A stretch of 39,354 nucleotides of DNA from Pseudomonadota bacterium (GTDB lineage: Bacteria; BMS3Abin14). Below, in pieces: positions 9,557 to 18,504 of the stretch. The stretch lies in assembly GCA_003228585.1 (NCBI GenBank), contig QIEJ01000125.1, positions 1 to 39,354 of the forward strand, written 5' to 3'. How positions within the stretch are numbered: position 1 is the stretch's first letter; each line of letters starts with the position of its first letter. The translations under genes and the position numbers were made by a program. A model generated the notes under the pieces. The model was not told the DNA's origin, did no database searches, and worked only from the letters and a program-made list of their open reading frames with translations.

Positions 9557-9893
9557 CCAGTATCCTGGAGATATGAAAGCTGTAATCCAGGTTCCGGTCG
9601 AAGTGAAAGGTCATCCTGGGTATGAATTTCAGCCTCAACCTTTTAACCAGAAGGCTGTGAATGAAACTACTGGCTTTTTCCAGGCCTTCCTCTACCTCAT
9701 CGATCTGCGCTGTCCGGTCAAGAACGCCGAAATAGATGCGCGCCGATCTCAGATCATCGGTTAACTGTACCCTGGTTATCGTTACCGATTCTATCCTCGG
9801 GTCTTTGGCCTCCCGCAACAGTATCTCGGACATCTCGTGTTTGATAAGCTCTCCGACACGGTCGGCTCTTTTGTAATCGAGTTGTTTGCGCAT
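9531..9893 (-). CDS. rbfA: Ribosome-binding factor A
   Basis: 120 aa (RADRVGELIKHEMSEIL..., acidic C-terminus). Canonical position between infB and truB. Confidence 0.9.
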   Translation of the reverse strand: MRKQLDYKRADRVGELIKHEMSEILLREAKDPRIESVTITRVQLTDDLRSARIYFGVLDRTAQIDEVEEGLEKASSFIHSLLVKRLRLKFIPRMTFHFDRNLDYSFHISRILDDLDVEED

Positions 9894-9909
9894 TGTTAAC
9901 CCAGTTTCA

Positions 9910-10191
9910 CTACAAGAGCTCCCTCTCCACGCCGATCACTTCCGCCAACCGGTACGATTCGATCCTGTTCAGGATGGTCTGCAGGGATTGATCAGCATGG
10001 TTCCTGTCTCTCGAAACGAGCGCTATGGCAAGTGTGGTCTTCTGCCAGAGATCGTGGTGTTCAACTTCAGCGACAGAGACGTTAAAATGGTTTCTCAGGC
10101 GATCCTTAACGCTGCGCAGAACGCGTCTTTTACTCTTCAGGGATCTGCTCTCCGGAATGTACAGAGTTACCTTGAGAATGCCAATAACCAC
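9910..10191 (-). CDS. DUF503 family protein (YlxP-like)
   Basis: 93 aa with a GTG start. GILKVTLYIPESRSLKSKRRVLRSVKDRL resembles DUF503. Sits between infB and rbfA, like Bacillus ylxP. Confidence 0.7.
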   Translation of the reverse strand: MVIGILKVTLYIPESRSLKSKRRVLRSVKDRLRNHFNVSVAEVEHHDLWQKTTLAIALVSRDRNHADQSLQTILNRIESYRLAEVIGVERELL

Positions 10192-10224
10192 GGATTGAAC
10201 CTTGACGGCCCGTGTCCAAGCCCG

Positions 10225-12846
10225 TTAAAGTTCCGCCTCCTCAGCGATTATCTCATAGTTTTCAATGATATCATCAACTTTTACATCATTGTAATTTTCC
10301 AGCCCGATGCCGCACTCGAATTCCATAGCCACCTCACGAACATCGTCCTTGAATCGCTTGAGGGAAGCGATCTTGCCATCGTGCACGACTACTCCATCCC
10401 TGATGACCCGGACCTGTGCGTTTCGCCTGATCAATCCGTCGGTCACATAACACCCCGCCACTGTTCCTTTCCTGGGTACCACGAAAGTCTGCCTGATCTC
10501 TGCCCTGCCCAGTATTTCCTCATGGTAGACGGGGGATAGAAGCCCTTTGAGAGCGTCTCGTATCTCCTTGATAACATCATAGATCACACTGTAGAAACGG
10601 ACATCGACTCCTTCCTTACGGGCCACCTCCAGAGCCTTATTGTCCGGGCGAACGTTAAAGCCCAGGATGATGGCGCTGGAGGCCACGGCCAGCATGACGT
10701 CCCCTTCGTTGATCCCTCCTGCGCCTTCGTGGATGACTTTAACCCGGACTGCATCCGTTGACTGCTTCAGCAGGGCTTCCTTGATCGCTTCCACCGAGCC
10801 CTGAACATCTGCCTTCAGAACAACATTAAGATCCTTGACCTCACCTTCCTGAATCTGATTGAAGAGGTCCTCCAGGGTAATCTTTTTATAGGTTTCCCGG
10901 CCCGCCAGGGTCTCTTCCTCACGCATCTGAGCGACTCTTTTGGCTTTCATCTCATCGCTGAATACCGCAAATGGCTCCCCTGCCGGTGGCACCCCCTGAA
11001 GTCCGACCACCTCAACAGGAGTTGATGGACCGGCCTCCTCCAGTTTTCTGCCCCGGTCGTCTGTCATGGCGCGGACTCGTCCAATGTAGGTGCCGGCCCC
11101 GATAAGACTTCCCGTCCTCAATGTGCCCCTCTGGACAAGGATGGTGGCCACAGGGCCGCGTCCGCGGTCAAGCCTGGACTCAATAACCGTCCCTCTGACC
11201 GCGGTGTTCGGATCCGCTTTCAGCTCCAGCACCTCCGCCTGCAGAAGGATCATGTCCAGCAGAGCCTCAATGCCTGTCTTCTGCTTGGCTGAAACCTGCG
11301 CGAAGAGCACATCCCCTCCCCACTCCTCTGAAACGACGCCGTGCTCGGAAAGCTCACGGATAACCTTGTCCGGATCCGCCTCTGGTTTGTCGATCTTGTT
11401 GATTGCTACAACCAGAGGGACATCGGCAGCCTTGGCGTGATCGATTGCCTCAACTGTCTGAGGTTTGACACCATCATCTGCGGCCACCACAAGGACCACC
11501 AGGTCCGTAACATGAGCACCTCGGGCTCGCATGGCTGTGAACGCCTCGTGTCCTGGTGTGTCGAGAAAAACCAGCTGACCTTTCGAGTGCTGGACCATGT
11601 GCGCACCGATATGCTGGGTTATCCCTCCAGCCTCACCGGAAACAACATCTGTTTCTCTCACCACATCGAGAAGTGATGTCTTGCCGTGATCCACGTGACC
11701 CATAACGGTAATGATAGGAGGCCGAGAGACGAGGTTTTTCTCCTCCTCAGGTTCTTCCTGAAGAAGATCGTCAATGGTGTCGGTTTTCATCTCCACTTCA
11801 AACCCGAGCTCGCTTACGACCAGCGACGCTGTTTCCGGATCAACTGTCTGGTTTATTGTCGTCATGATCCCGAGCTGCAACAGGATCTTTATGATCTCCG
11901 ATGCTTTCGTCCCGGTCATTCCAGCGAGATCACCAACCGTGAGTCCTGATGTGATCCTGATTTTCTTCAACGCTGGTTTGACGACTTCCCTGGGAATGTC
12001 CTCGGCTTTCCTTTTCGGTTTCCGGAGCCTTCTTTTCAGAGGTTCCCGGCGACGGAACTGCTGAGCAGTAGCGGCATGCTTGATCTCTACAACCTTTAGT
12101 GTCGGTTCTTCCGCAGCCTCATCTCCTTCCGGCACTTCATCATCGGTTTCTTCTATTTCCTCAAGTAGTTCCTTGACGGATGGTTTCTTTGCCTTCCTGG
12201 CGGTGCGTTTACTCTTTTTCTGCTCTTCACCGATCTCCATTTTTCCTTTGATTTTCTTCTCCGGAGCATCCTCAACCTGTTCCGGTTCAGAAACCGGTTC
12301 TATTTCCTCACCCTTCACGGGTGCCTGAACAACGACTTTGGCCTTTGGTATCTCGGAACCCACGGCACCCAGATCTTTCTCCAGCTCCAGGGCTGTGAGA
12401 GGTAAATTTCCAAGCTTCGATATCTTCGGCTCTTCGACGGGTTCAACTTGCTCAGTTTCCTGTTCGGCCGCAACATGTGTATCCGGTTCAGCCGGGCTTT
12501 CATCCGTTTCCTGTACGACATCCCCGGCAACCTCTGGCACATCTGTCTCCAATGGGGGAGAGATCTGTTCTACCTCTTCAAGCTCTTCAAGCTCGGGTTC
12601 CTCCTCCATCCGCACCTCTACCTCGAGTTTGCTTTCACCCTTTCTGACCGAAACGATCCTTCGAGGTCCTTCTTCCCTCTCGGCGGGCTGATCCACTAAC
12701 ATATCCCTGACCATGTCGACGAGGCTCCGGTCCACACTGCTCGTCACATTTACGACATCAAAGCCCATTGCTTTAAGCTGTGAGAACAGATCATCGGGAC
12801 CCAGGCCCAATTCAGTGGCAAGTTCCTCCACCCGAACCTTGCTCAT
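10225..12846 (-). CDS. infB: Translation initiation factor IF-2
   Basis: 873 aa. G-domain motifs GHVDHGKTSLLD, DTPGHEAF and NKID. Long acidic/lysine-rich N-terminal region. Confidence 0.97.
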   Translation of the reverse strand: MSKVRVEELATELGLGPDDLFSQLKAMGFDVVNVTSSVDRSLVDMVRDMLVDQPAEREEGPRRIVSVRKGESKLEVEVRMEEEPELEELEEVEQISPPLETDVPEVAGDVVQETDESPAEPDTHVAAEQETEQVEPVEEPKISKLGNLPLTALELEKDLGAVGSEIPKAKVVVQAPVKGEEIEPVSEPEQVEDAPEKKIKGKMEIGEEQKKSKRTARKAKKPSVKELLEEIEETDDEVPEGDEAAEEPTLKVVEIKHAATAQQFRRREPLKRRLRKPKRKAEDIPREVVKPALKKIRITSGLTVGDLAGMTGTKASEIIKILLQLGIMTTINQTVDPETASLVVSELGFEVEMKTDTIDDLLQEEPEEEKNLVSRPPIITVMGHVDHGKTSLLDVVRETDVVSGEAGGITQHIGAHMVQHSKGQLVFLDTPGHEAFTAMRARGAHVTDLVVLVVAADDGVKPQTVEAIDHAKAADVPLVVAINKIDKPEADPDKVIRELSEHGVVSEEWGGDVLFAQVSAKQKTGIEALLDMILLQAEVLELKADPNTAVRGTVIESRLDRGRGPVATILVQRGTLRTGSLIGAGTYIGRVRAMTDDRGRKLEEAGPSTPVEVVGLQGVPPAGEPFAVFSDEMKAKRVAQMREEETLAGRETYKKITLEDLFNQIQEGEVKDLNVVLKADVQGSVEAIKEALLKQSTDAVRVKVIHEGAGGINEGDVMLAVASSAIILGFNVRPDNKALEVARKEGVDVRFYSVIYDVIKEIRDALKGLLSPVYHEEILGRAEIRQTFVVPRKGTVAGCYVTDGLIRRNAQVRVIRDGVVVHDGKIASLKRFKDDVREVAMEFECGIGLENYNDVKVDDIIENYEIIAEEAEL

Positions 12847-12847
12847 A

Positions 12848-13450
12848 CTAACTTACCTCCCTTACACATACCGCCTTGTAGCGATTAATTGCTTCTTCAA
12901 CAGCCCGGGCAAGCCCTGCATCTTTAACAAGCAGGACGCTTCGCGGGCTCTTTCCGATGGCCATGCCAAGGTCCTCTCTGGTGATGAAACGGCGCAGTGG
13001 CACCCCTCCAGCGGTGATACGGGCCGAAAGCTTGGTCACTATTGCCTCAGAAGCATCCTCGGCGATCAAGGCAAGCCAGCGGCGGTTTGGTGATCTCCGC
13101 ATTGCGGCCTCCACCAGGTTGGTTCCCGACACAACCTTGCCGCCCTTCTGTGCCATCCCTATGAGAGACCTGACCCTCTCCCTGAGAGCTGCTGCAACAA
13201 CCGTGGAAAGCTCGAATCCACCGTTGTCCAGAAGACTGTCCCTTTTCAGGACATGGATCAGTTGTCCTTTGTCCAGCTTCTCGATACACCTGCGGTCCGG
13301 GCAGACATATGCCCCCCTGGCCGGGAGTTTACCCTTCAGATCAGCAATGACCCTGCCTTCCGGATCAGCGACAATACGCAGAAGTTCCCTCTTGAAGCGT
13401 TTTTGTTTGCAGCCTGTGCAGGTCCGTAACGGCTCCGTCCGAGGGGACAT
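12848..13450 (-). CDS. Fusion protein: YlxR/RnpM (DUF448) N-terminal half plus YlxQ-like L7Ae-family C-terminal half
   Basis: 200 aa. The N-terminus PLRTCTGCKQKRFKRELLRIV...ARGAYVCPDRRC matches the DUF448 pattern. The C-terminus IGMAQKGGKVVSGTNLVEAAMR...LALIAEDASEAIVTKL...IGKSPRSVLLVKDAGLA matches the L7Ae/YlxQ pattern. Occupies the nusA-infB slot where Bacillus has two separate genes. Confidence 0.75.
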   Translation of the reverse strand: MSPRTEPLRTCTGCKQKRFKRELLRIVADPEGRVIADLKGKLPARGAYVCPDRRCIEKLDKGQLIHVLKRDSLLDNGGFELSTVVAAALRERVRSLIGMAQKGGKVVSGTNLVEAAMRRSPNRRWLALIAEDASEAIVTKLSARITAGGVPLRRFITREDLGMAIGKSPRSVLLVKDAGLARAVEEAINRYKAVCVREVS

Positions 13451-13453
13451 GGA

Positions 13454-14719
13454 TCATTCTCCCTTATCCCTTGACGGCTCAACAATGCGGTCACGAAGTT
13501 TTTCCACGGTTTTGGGTCCCAGGCCCGAAACCTTCAGAAGATCACTGTCTGATGCTTCAGTGATAGCCCTGGCAGTATGGTATCCCGCTTCCTGCAGGGC
13601 CTGAACAACTTTACCGGGGATGCCGGCGAAGAGATCGTCCTCATCACCCTCCCCGGCACTTTTTTCCTCAAACTTCTCCTCCTCAGCCTGAGATTCGCTC
13701 TTGATCGTAATATTCCAGTTGGTCAGGCGTGCAGCCAGACGAACATTCTGCCCATTTTTACCAATAGCAAGGGAGAGCTCCTCGTCGGCGACGATTACCT
13801 CCATCGACTGATCTGCCTCATTGATGATCACCCTGGTCACCTGGGCAGGACTAAGGGCATTACTGACAAAGAGTGCAGGGTCGACGAGCCATGGGATAAT
13901 ATCGATGCGTTCTCCTCGCAGTTCGTTGACAACGGCCTGAACCCGGGAGCCCTTCACGCCAACGCAGGCTCCAACGGGATCCACGTTGGAATCGTGACTT
14001 ACCACGGCGATCTTGGAGCGTCCGCCCGGCTCACGGGCCGCACTTCTGATCTCCACTATTTTTTCCGCAACTTCAGGTACCTCAAGATCAAAAAGGCTTG
14101 TGAGAAAATTAAGGTTTGTTCGAGAGAGTACCACCTGTGGTCCCTTGGCGTTCTGTTTGACCTCCAGGATGTATGCCTTGATCCTGTCACCCTGCTTGTA
14201 CCTCTCTCTTGGAACCTGCTCTTTGGGCGGCAGCTCGGCTTCCGTTTTCCCCAGATCGACGATAATCGCCCCCCGTGAGAAACCGTGGACTATTCCGTTG
14301 ATTATTTCCCCCACACGGTCGGAATAGGCATTGTAGATCATCTCTCTCTCGGCCTCGCGAAGCTTCTGGACGATGACCTGTTTGGCCGTCTGAGCGGCGA
14401 TCCTGCCAAACTCGTTGGCATCGATCTCAATCTCCACCTCATCGCCAGGCATCACCTCCGGATCAAGTTGCCTTGCCTCCAGCAGGGAGATCTCCATGGA
14501 GGGTTCCTTAACCTGAATGGACACCTCCTTGCGCTGGTAGATCTCGATCTGCCCGGTCTGCCGATCAAGTCTCGCAAACATTTCGGTTCCCGAGCCGTAA
14601 ACCTTTCTGGCGGCGGTTACCAGAGCGGTTTCAATGGCCTCCACCAGAGCATTCTGGTCGATCCCCTTTTCACGCTCCAGTTGGGCGAAGATCATTAGTA
14701 ATTCCTGATTGACCTGCAT
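13454..14719 (-). CDS. nusA: Transcription termination/antitermination factor NusA
   Basis: 421 aa with N-terminal, S1 and tandem KH regions and one C-terminal HhH-like repeat. Located between rimP and infB. Confidence 0.95.
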   Translation of the reverse strand: MQVNQELLMIFAQLEREKGIDQNALVEAIETALVTAARKVYGSGTEMFARLDRQTGQIEIYQRKEVSIQVKEPSMEISLLEARQLDPEVMPGDEVEIEIDANEFGRIAAQTAKQVIVQKLREAEREMIYNAYSDRVGEIINGIVHGFSRGAIIVDLGKTEAELPPKEQVPRERYKQGDRIKAYILEVKQNAKGPQVVLSRTNLNFLTSLFDLEVPEVAEKIVEIRSAAREPGGRSKIAVVSHDSNVDPVGACVGVKGSRVQAVVNELRGERIDIIPWLVDPALFVSNALSPAQVTRVIINEADQSMEVIVADEELSLAIGKNGQNVRLAARLTNWNITIKSESQAEEEKFEEKSAGEGDEDDLFAGIPGKVVQALQEAGYHTARAITEASDSDLLKVSGLGPKTVEKLRDRIVEPSRDKGE

Positions 14720-14741
14720 TTGCTTTTACCCCTTTTATGAT

Positions 14742-15215
14742 TCAATCCGATCCAAACTTATAATCCAGCCTTGCAATGGACATGTCCTCTACGGATATAT
14801 CCAGCAGATTACCGGTATCCAATCTCACCTTGACAACTCCAGCATCGATGCCCTCCAGTGTTCCCTTGATCTTCCTGAGGCCGGAAACCGACCGATGCGT
14901 CTTGATCATCACAGGGCGGCCTGTAAAACGTTCAAAATCCCTCTCGTTTTTCAGAGGCCTGTCAAGGCCCGGTGAGGAGACTTCGAGATTATATTTGACA
15001 GGAATGAGATCCTCCACATCCAGGTGGACGCTTAACTCTCGGCTAACCATCGTGCAATGTTCCACCTTTACACCGGTCTCACAATCGATGGTTACCCGCA
15101 GGATCCACCTCCCGCCCTCACTTTTCAGAGTCACCTCAACCACCTCGAGGCCGTGCTGGTCGACTATTGGTCCAAGAACCCGTACGACCTGATTGACGAT
15201 CCCTTTGATATCCAT
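14742..15215 (-). CDS. rimP: Ribosome maturation factor RimP
   Basis: ORF-track frame 14742..15278. I prefer ATG 15215 (MDIKGIVNQVVRVLGPIV...LEVVEVTLKSEGGRWILRVTID), which gives a typical ~157-aa RimP. The 21-codon extension looks non-coding. Confidence 0.85.
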   Translation of the reverse strand: MDIKGIVNQVVRVLGPIVDQHGLEVVEVTLKSEGGRWILRVTIDCETGVKVEHCTMVSRELSVHLDVEDLIPVKYNLEVSSPGLDRPLKNERDFERFTGRPVMIKTHRSVSGLRKIKGTLEGIDAGVVKVRLDTGNLLDISVEDMSIARLDYKFGSD

Positions 15216-15368
15216 ATTGGTGACAACTAACCCCATAAAATACAAAAGAGCGGGACCTGCCGCTCTTAACGAAGCCAACCTCGTATTACCCAGATCGCGC
15301 TCCCCGGACGCAACCTGTTCTGATGGACCTGCCTCCTGCCCATCAATAGAGAAGCGATAACCGGCTAT

Positions 15369-15397
15369 TTATTAGCATAACCGCATAATCATTGCAA
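15369..15397 (-). promoter_or_regulatory. Candidate sigma70-type promoter for rimP-nusA-infB operon
   Basis: Minus strand: TTGCAA (15397-15392), 17-nt spacer, TAATAA (15374-15369). The -10 element is weak. By-eye match only. Confidence 0.2.
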
Positions 15398-15411
15398 GAT
15401 GCGAAGTATCG

Positions 15412-15432
15412 GGTTCAGATTTCAGGTTTGTC
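15412..15432 (+). repeat. Short heptad run (GGTTCAG ATTTCAG GTTTGTC) abutting a palindromic element
   Basis: Two clean RTTYCAG units plus one degenerate unit in the proS-rimP spacer. Confidence 0.6.
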
Positions 15433-15521
15433 ACTGCGAGGTGATTGGCGACCAAAGCAGTCTCAGCTTGTCGGGATCGCCACGTCACCCTTTTATCAAA
15501 AACTGGGTGACTCGCGATGAC
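15429..15521. repeat. REP-like palindromic element with GTCAYYGCGAG termini and three GGTGAC/GTCACC boxes
   Basis: GTCACTGCGAG (15429-39) is inverted relative to CTCGCGATGAC (15511-21). GGTGAttGGCGA (15440-51) is inverted relative to TCGCCacgTCACC (15476-88). GTCACCC-N14-GGGTGAC (15484-15511) forms a 7-bp hairpin spanning the proS stop codon. Confidence 0.6.
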
Positions 15522-17197
15522 GATCGATTCAGAAAGTCCTCAACCGCTCGGAGGACACCGTCCACCGGCACTTTGCTCTCCTCCCCGGTGGCCCTGACCC
15601 GAAGTTCCACATTCCCCTCTTTAATCCCACGTTTTCCTACAGTAATCCTCAGAGGTATCCCTGTAAGGTCCGCATCATTGAACTTGACGCCAGGCCTTTC
15701 ATCACGTTCATCGTAGAGAACTTCAATACCACTTTCCGAAAGAGCCCTGTAGAGTTTATCCGCCGTCCCGGCGACTTCCCCATCATCAGGGTTCATTGAA
15801 AGGAGGCAAACAGTGAAGGGAGCGATTGGAACAGGCCAGATAATTCCCTTGTCGTCGTGATTCTGCTCTATTGAAGCTGCAACGGTCCTGCCCACCCCGA
15901 TTCCGAAACATCCCATCTCCATCGTCTTTTCCTTACCCGACTCGTCGAGGAAGGCAGCCCCCATGGATTGACTGTATTTCGTAATTCCTCTCAGGAAGGT
16001 CAATTGCGCGCCGCATTTCGGACACGGATCTCCCTTGGCGGCCTCACGAAGATCCCCTGCTTCGGCTATTTCGTACAGCGTATGGTTGACACCCGTCATG
16101 TGTGTATCGGCCTCGTTGGCCCCTGTGACAAAGTCGGTCATGGATACAACGGAGTGATCAACATAGATCGGGATCTCAAGTCCCATGGGCCCGGCGAAAC
16201 CGACAGGGGCACCGGTAACTCTCTGTACCACCTCCGGTTCAGCCAGTTCAAGAGTATCATCACCCACCAATTTTCTGACTTTGACGGGGTTTACATCATG
16301 GTCACCTCTCACCATGGCGGCAACGTCCCCGGCCTCGCCCGACAGGATAATGGTTTTTACAAGATCCGTCGGCTTGACACCGAGGAATTCAGCGACTTCC
16401 TCTACCGATTTCTTCCCGGGAGTGCCAACACTCTCTGGCTTCTTCCCCGGTTCGGCACCGTCCTCCATCTTATCCGACGCAGCGACGGCGGCCATCTCCA
16501 GGTTGGCCGCATAATCACAGGACTCACAGCTCACGATCCGGTCCTCCCCCGTGTCTGCAAGCACCATGAATTCATGGGAAAGACTGCCGCCAATCTTGCC
16601 TGTGTCAGCCTCGACGGCCCTGAAACTCAATCCGCACCGGGAGAAAATGGCCGAGTAGGCATCATGCATCGCCTGGTAACTGGCCTCAGCTCCCGCCTGA
16701 TCCCTGTCAAAGGAATAGGCATCCTTCATGACAAATTCGCGACCACGCATGAGACCGAACCGGGGTCGTATCTCATCCCTGAATTTGGTCTGGATCTGGT
16801 AGAGGGTGAGGGGAAGCTGGCGATAGGATCGGACGTCCCGCCTGACCATATCCGTGATAACTTCTTCATGGGTAGGGCCGTAACAGAAATCCCGGTTGTG
16901 GCGATCCTTCATTCTCAGCAGCTCTTTCCCGTAAAAATCCCAGCGGCCGGTCTCCTCCCAGAGCTCAGCAGGTTGAATACTTGGGAGAAAGACCTCCTGT
17001 CCCCCTGCCTTGTCCATCTCCTCCCTGATGATGTTCTCTACCTTCCGGACAACTCTGAGACCCAGGGGAAGAGTGTCGTAGATGCCGGCCGCGACCCTGC
17101 GGATCATCCCTGCTCTGAGCATGAGCTGGTGGCTTATAACCTCGGCGTCAGCGGGTATCTCACGTAATGTAGGCAGGAAGTATTTGGAATATCTCAT
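15485..17197 (-). CDS. proS: Proline--tRNA ligase (bacterial type with insertion/editing domain)
   Basis: 570 aa. Class II motifs FRDEIRPRFGLMRGREF and GCFGIGVGR. The last ~10 codons overlap a palindromic repeat element. Confidence 0.95.
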   Translation of the reverse strand: MRYSKYFLPTLREIPADAEVISHQLMLRAGMIRRVAAGIYDTLPLGLRVVRKVENIIREEMDKAGGQEVFLPSIQPAELWEETGRWDFYGKELLRMKDRHNRDFCYGPTHEEVITDMVRRDVRSYRQLPLTLYQIQTKFRDEIRPRFGLMRGREFVMKDAYSFDRDQAGAEASYQAMHDAYSAIFSRCGLSFRAVEADTGKIGGSLSHEFMVLADTGEDRIVSCESCDYAANLEMAAVAASDKMEDGAEPGKKPESVGTPGKKSVEEVAEFLGVKPTDLVKTIILSGEAGDVAAMVRGDHDVNPVKVRKLVGDDTLELAEPEVVQRVTGAPVGFAGPMGLEIPIYVDHSVVSMTDFVTGANEADTHMTGVNHTLYEIAEAGDLREAAKGDPCPKCGAQLTFLRGITKYSQSMGAAFLDESGKEKTMEMGCFGIGVGRTVAASIEQNHDDKGIIWPVPIAPFTVCLLSMNPDDGEVAGTADKLYRALSESGIEVLYDERDERPGVKFNDADLTGIPLRITVGKRGIKEGNVELRVRATGEESKVPVDGVLRAVEDFLNRSSSRVTQFLIKG

Positions 17198-17241
17198 TAA
17201 GACTCCTTAGATTATACGGCTACAATAAGGGCTCTTATAAT

Positions 17242-17316
17242 CCAGTTTCTTGTTTCTTGTTTCTAGCCACGTTCGAAAATCGCTGCTCGGAACCAGGAAC
17301 TCGAAACCCGAAACTG
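17242..17316. repeat. Inverted pair of heptad arrays (CCAGTTT CTTGTTT CTTGTTT CTAG ... GGAACCA GGAACTC GAAACCC GAAACTG)
   Basis: The reverse complement of the right arm is CAGTTTCGGGTTTCGAGTTCCTGGTTCC; the left arm is CAGTTTCTTGTTTCTTGTTTCTAG. The GTTTC cores pair and the 2-nt linkers mismatch. This gives a ~24-bp stem with internal loops every 7 nt and a ~22-nt loop. Confidence 0.8.
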
Positions 17317-17334
17317 CCACGCTGACAGCGTGGC
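17316..17334 (-). terminator. Perfect 7-bp GC-rich hairpin downstream of ispG (weak terminator candidate)
   Basis: GCCACGC-TGACA-GCGTGGC. On the minus strand it is followed by AGTTTCGGGTTTCG, an interrupted U-rich tract. Lies 83 nt after the ispG stop. Confidence 0.3.
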
Positions 17335-17416
17335 CGCCCTTCTCGTGAGCCTTAAAAACCCTACTAACTTTTTTCTCTGTGTCCTCTGTGGTTACTGGTT
17401 TTCTGCTGACTACTGT

Positions 17417-18496
17417 CTACTCATCGTATTCGTCGTTGAGGCGGCAGATCTCCTCCATAAGCGCATCCAGGGCCTCGTCGGGAGCCAGTTTCGCCTTTAC
17501 TTTCCCTCTCACAAACAGAACCGCCTTTCCCTTGCCTCCGGCAATTCCCACGTCGGCTTCCCTGGCTTCACCCGGTCCATTAACCGGGCAACCCATTACC
17601 GCGATCTTCAAAGGCGCTCTGATATCGACGATTCTGTTCTCCATTTCCGCAGCCAGACAAGCTACATCCACTTCGGCCCGGGCACACGTAGGACAGGCCG
17701 CCACCCACGGGCCGCCCCTGAGCCCCAGGGATCGCAACAACTCGATACCAGCGTGGACCTCCGGAACAGGATCACCTGAAAGTGAAACACGGAGCGTGTC
17801 TCCGATCCCTTCGGCAAGGAGCAGACCCAGGGCGGCAGAGGTGCGGACTGTGCCACTGAGAGCTGTCCCGGCCTCCGTTACACCGATGTGCAGGGGATAA
17901 TCAACCAGCTCAGATAACAACCGATAGGCCTCCACCGCATCCATGGGGTTCGATGCCTTGACCGAAAGTTTGAAATTGTAAAACCCCAGACCCTCGATCA
18001 GGTCCACCGACTTCAGGCAACTTTCCACAAGCGCCTTGGGTGCAGGATATCCGTATGCCTTCAGAATTTCCTTTTCCAGGGAACCGGCGTTAACTCCGAT
18101 CCTTAAAGAAGCATCCCTGTCCTCAGCTGCCCTGATGATCTCCCGAACCTTGCTCGATGATCCAATGTTTCCCGGATTGATCCTGACTGCATCGGCTCCC
18201 GCCTTCAGAGCCCCGATAGCAAGACGATGATCGAAATGAATATCTGCGACAAGGGGAAGCCGAACATTCTGGCGCAACCTGGAAAAGCCCTTCAGGGAGG
18301 ATTCATCAGGAACCGAAACACGGACAATCTCACAACCAGCCTGAGCGAGAGCCTGAACCTGTGCCAGGGTTCTTTCCAGATCAGAGGTGGGGGTATTGGT
18401 CATGGACTGAACCGTGATCGGTGTACCGTTCCCGACCACCGCATCTCCCACCCGAACCGGGCGGGTCGGCCTTCTGGAAGAGATGATCTCTCTCAT
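17417..18496 (-). CDS. ispG: 4-hydroxy-3-methylbut-2-enyl diphosphate synthase (flavodoxin)
   Basis: Motifs VQSMTNT, ACPTCARAE and MGCPVNGPGEA (Fe-S Cys ligands). The ORF track starts at GTG 18508. ATG 18496 has a better-placed AGGTG Shine-Dalgarno, so the start is uncertain by 4 codons. Confidence 0.93.
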   Translation of the reverse strand: MREIISSRRPTRPVRVGDAVVGNGTPITVQSMTNTPTSDLERTLAQVQALAQAGCEIVRVSVPDESSLKGFSRLRQNVRLPLVADIHFDHRLAIGALKAGADAVRINPGNIGSSSKVREIIRAAEDRDASLRIGVNAGSLEKEILKAYGYPAPKALVESCLKSVDLIEGLGFYNFKLSVKASNPMDAVEAYRLLSELVDYPLHIGVTEAGTALSGTVRTSAALGLLLAEGIGDTLRVSLSGDPVPEVHAGIELLRSLGLRGGPWVAACPTCARAEVDVACLAAEMENRIVDIRAPLKIAVMGCPVNGPGEAREADVGIAGGKGKAVLFVRGKVKAKLAPDEALDALMEEICRLNDEYDE

Positions 18497-18504
18497 GAAC
18501 GGTT

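Noticed and set aside
15968-17167. 399-aa plus-strand ORF (the longest plus-strand ORF in the window)
   Set aside because: It lies entirely antisense to proS, whose class II aaRS motifs are unambiguous. Its translation is low complexity (R/G/P/L-rich) with no recognisable motif. This is a typical shadow ORF in a GC-moderate genome.
17211-17216. Perfect TATAAT (minus strand) upstream of proS
   Set aside because: It sits only 3 nt upstream of the AGGAG Shine-Dalgarno, so a transcript starting from it would lack the ribosome-binding site. There is no acceptable -35 at 16-19 nt. It is part of an ATTATA-N21-TATAAT inverted repeat.
17198-17416. Possible T-box leader upstream of proS
   Set aside because: No T-box sequence (AAUUAGGGUGGUACCGCG-like), no specifier-loop architecture and no AGAGA box is visible on the minus strand. 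The structures present are the heptad hairpin and a simple GC hairpin.
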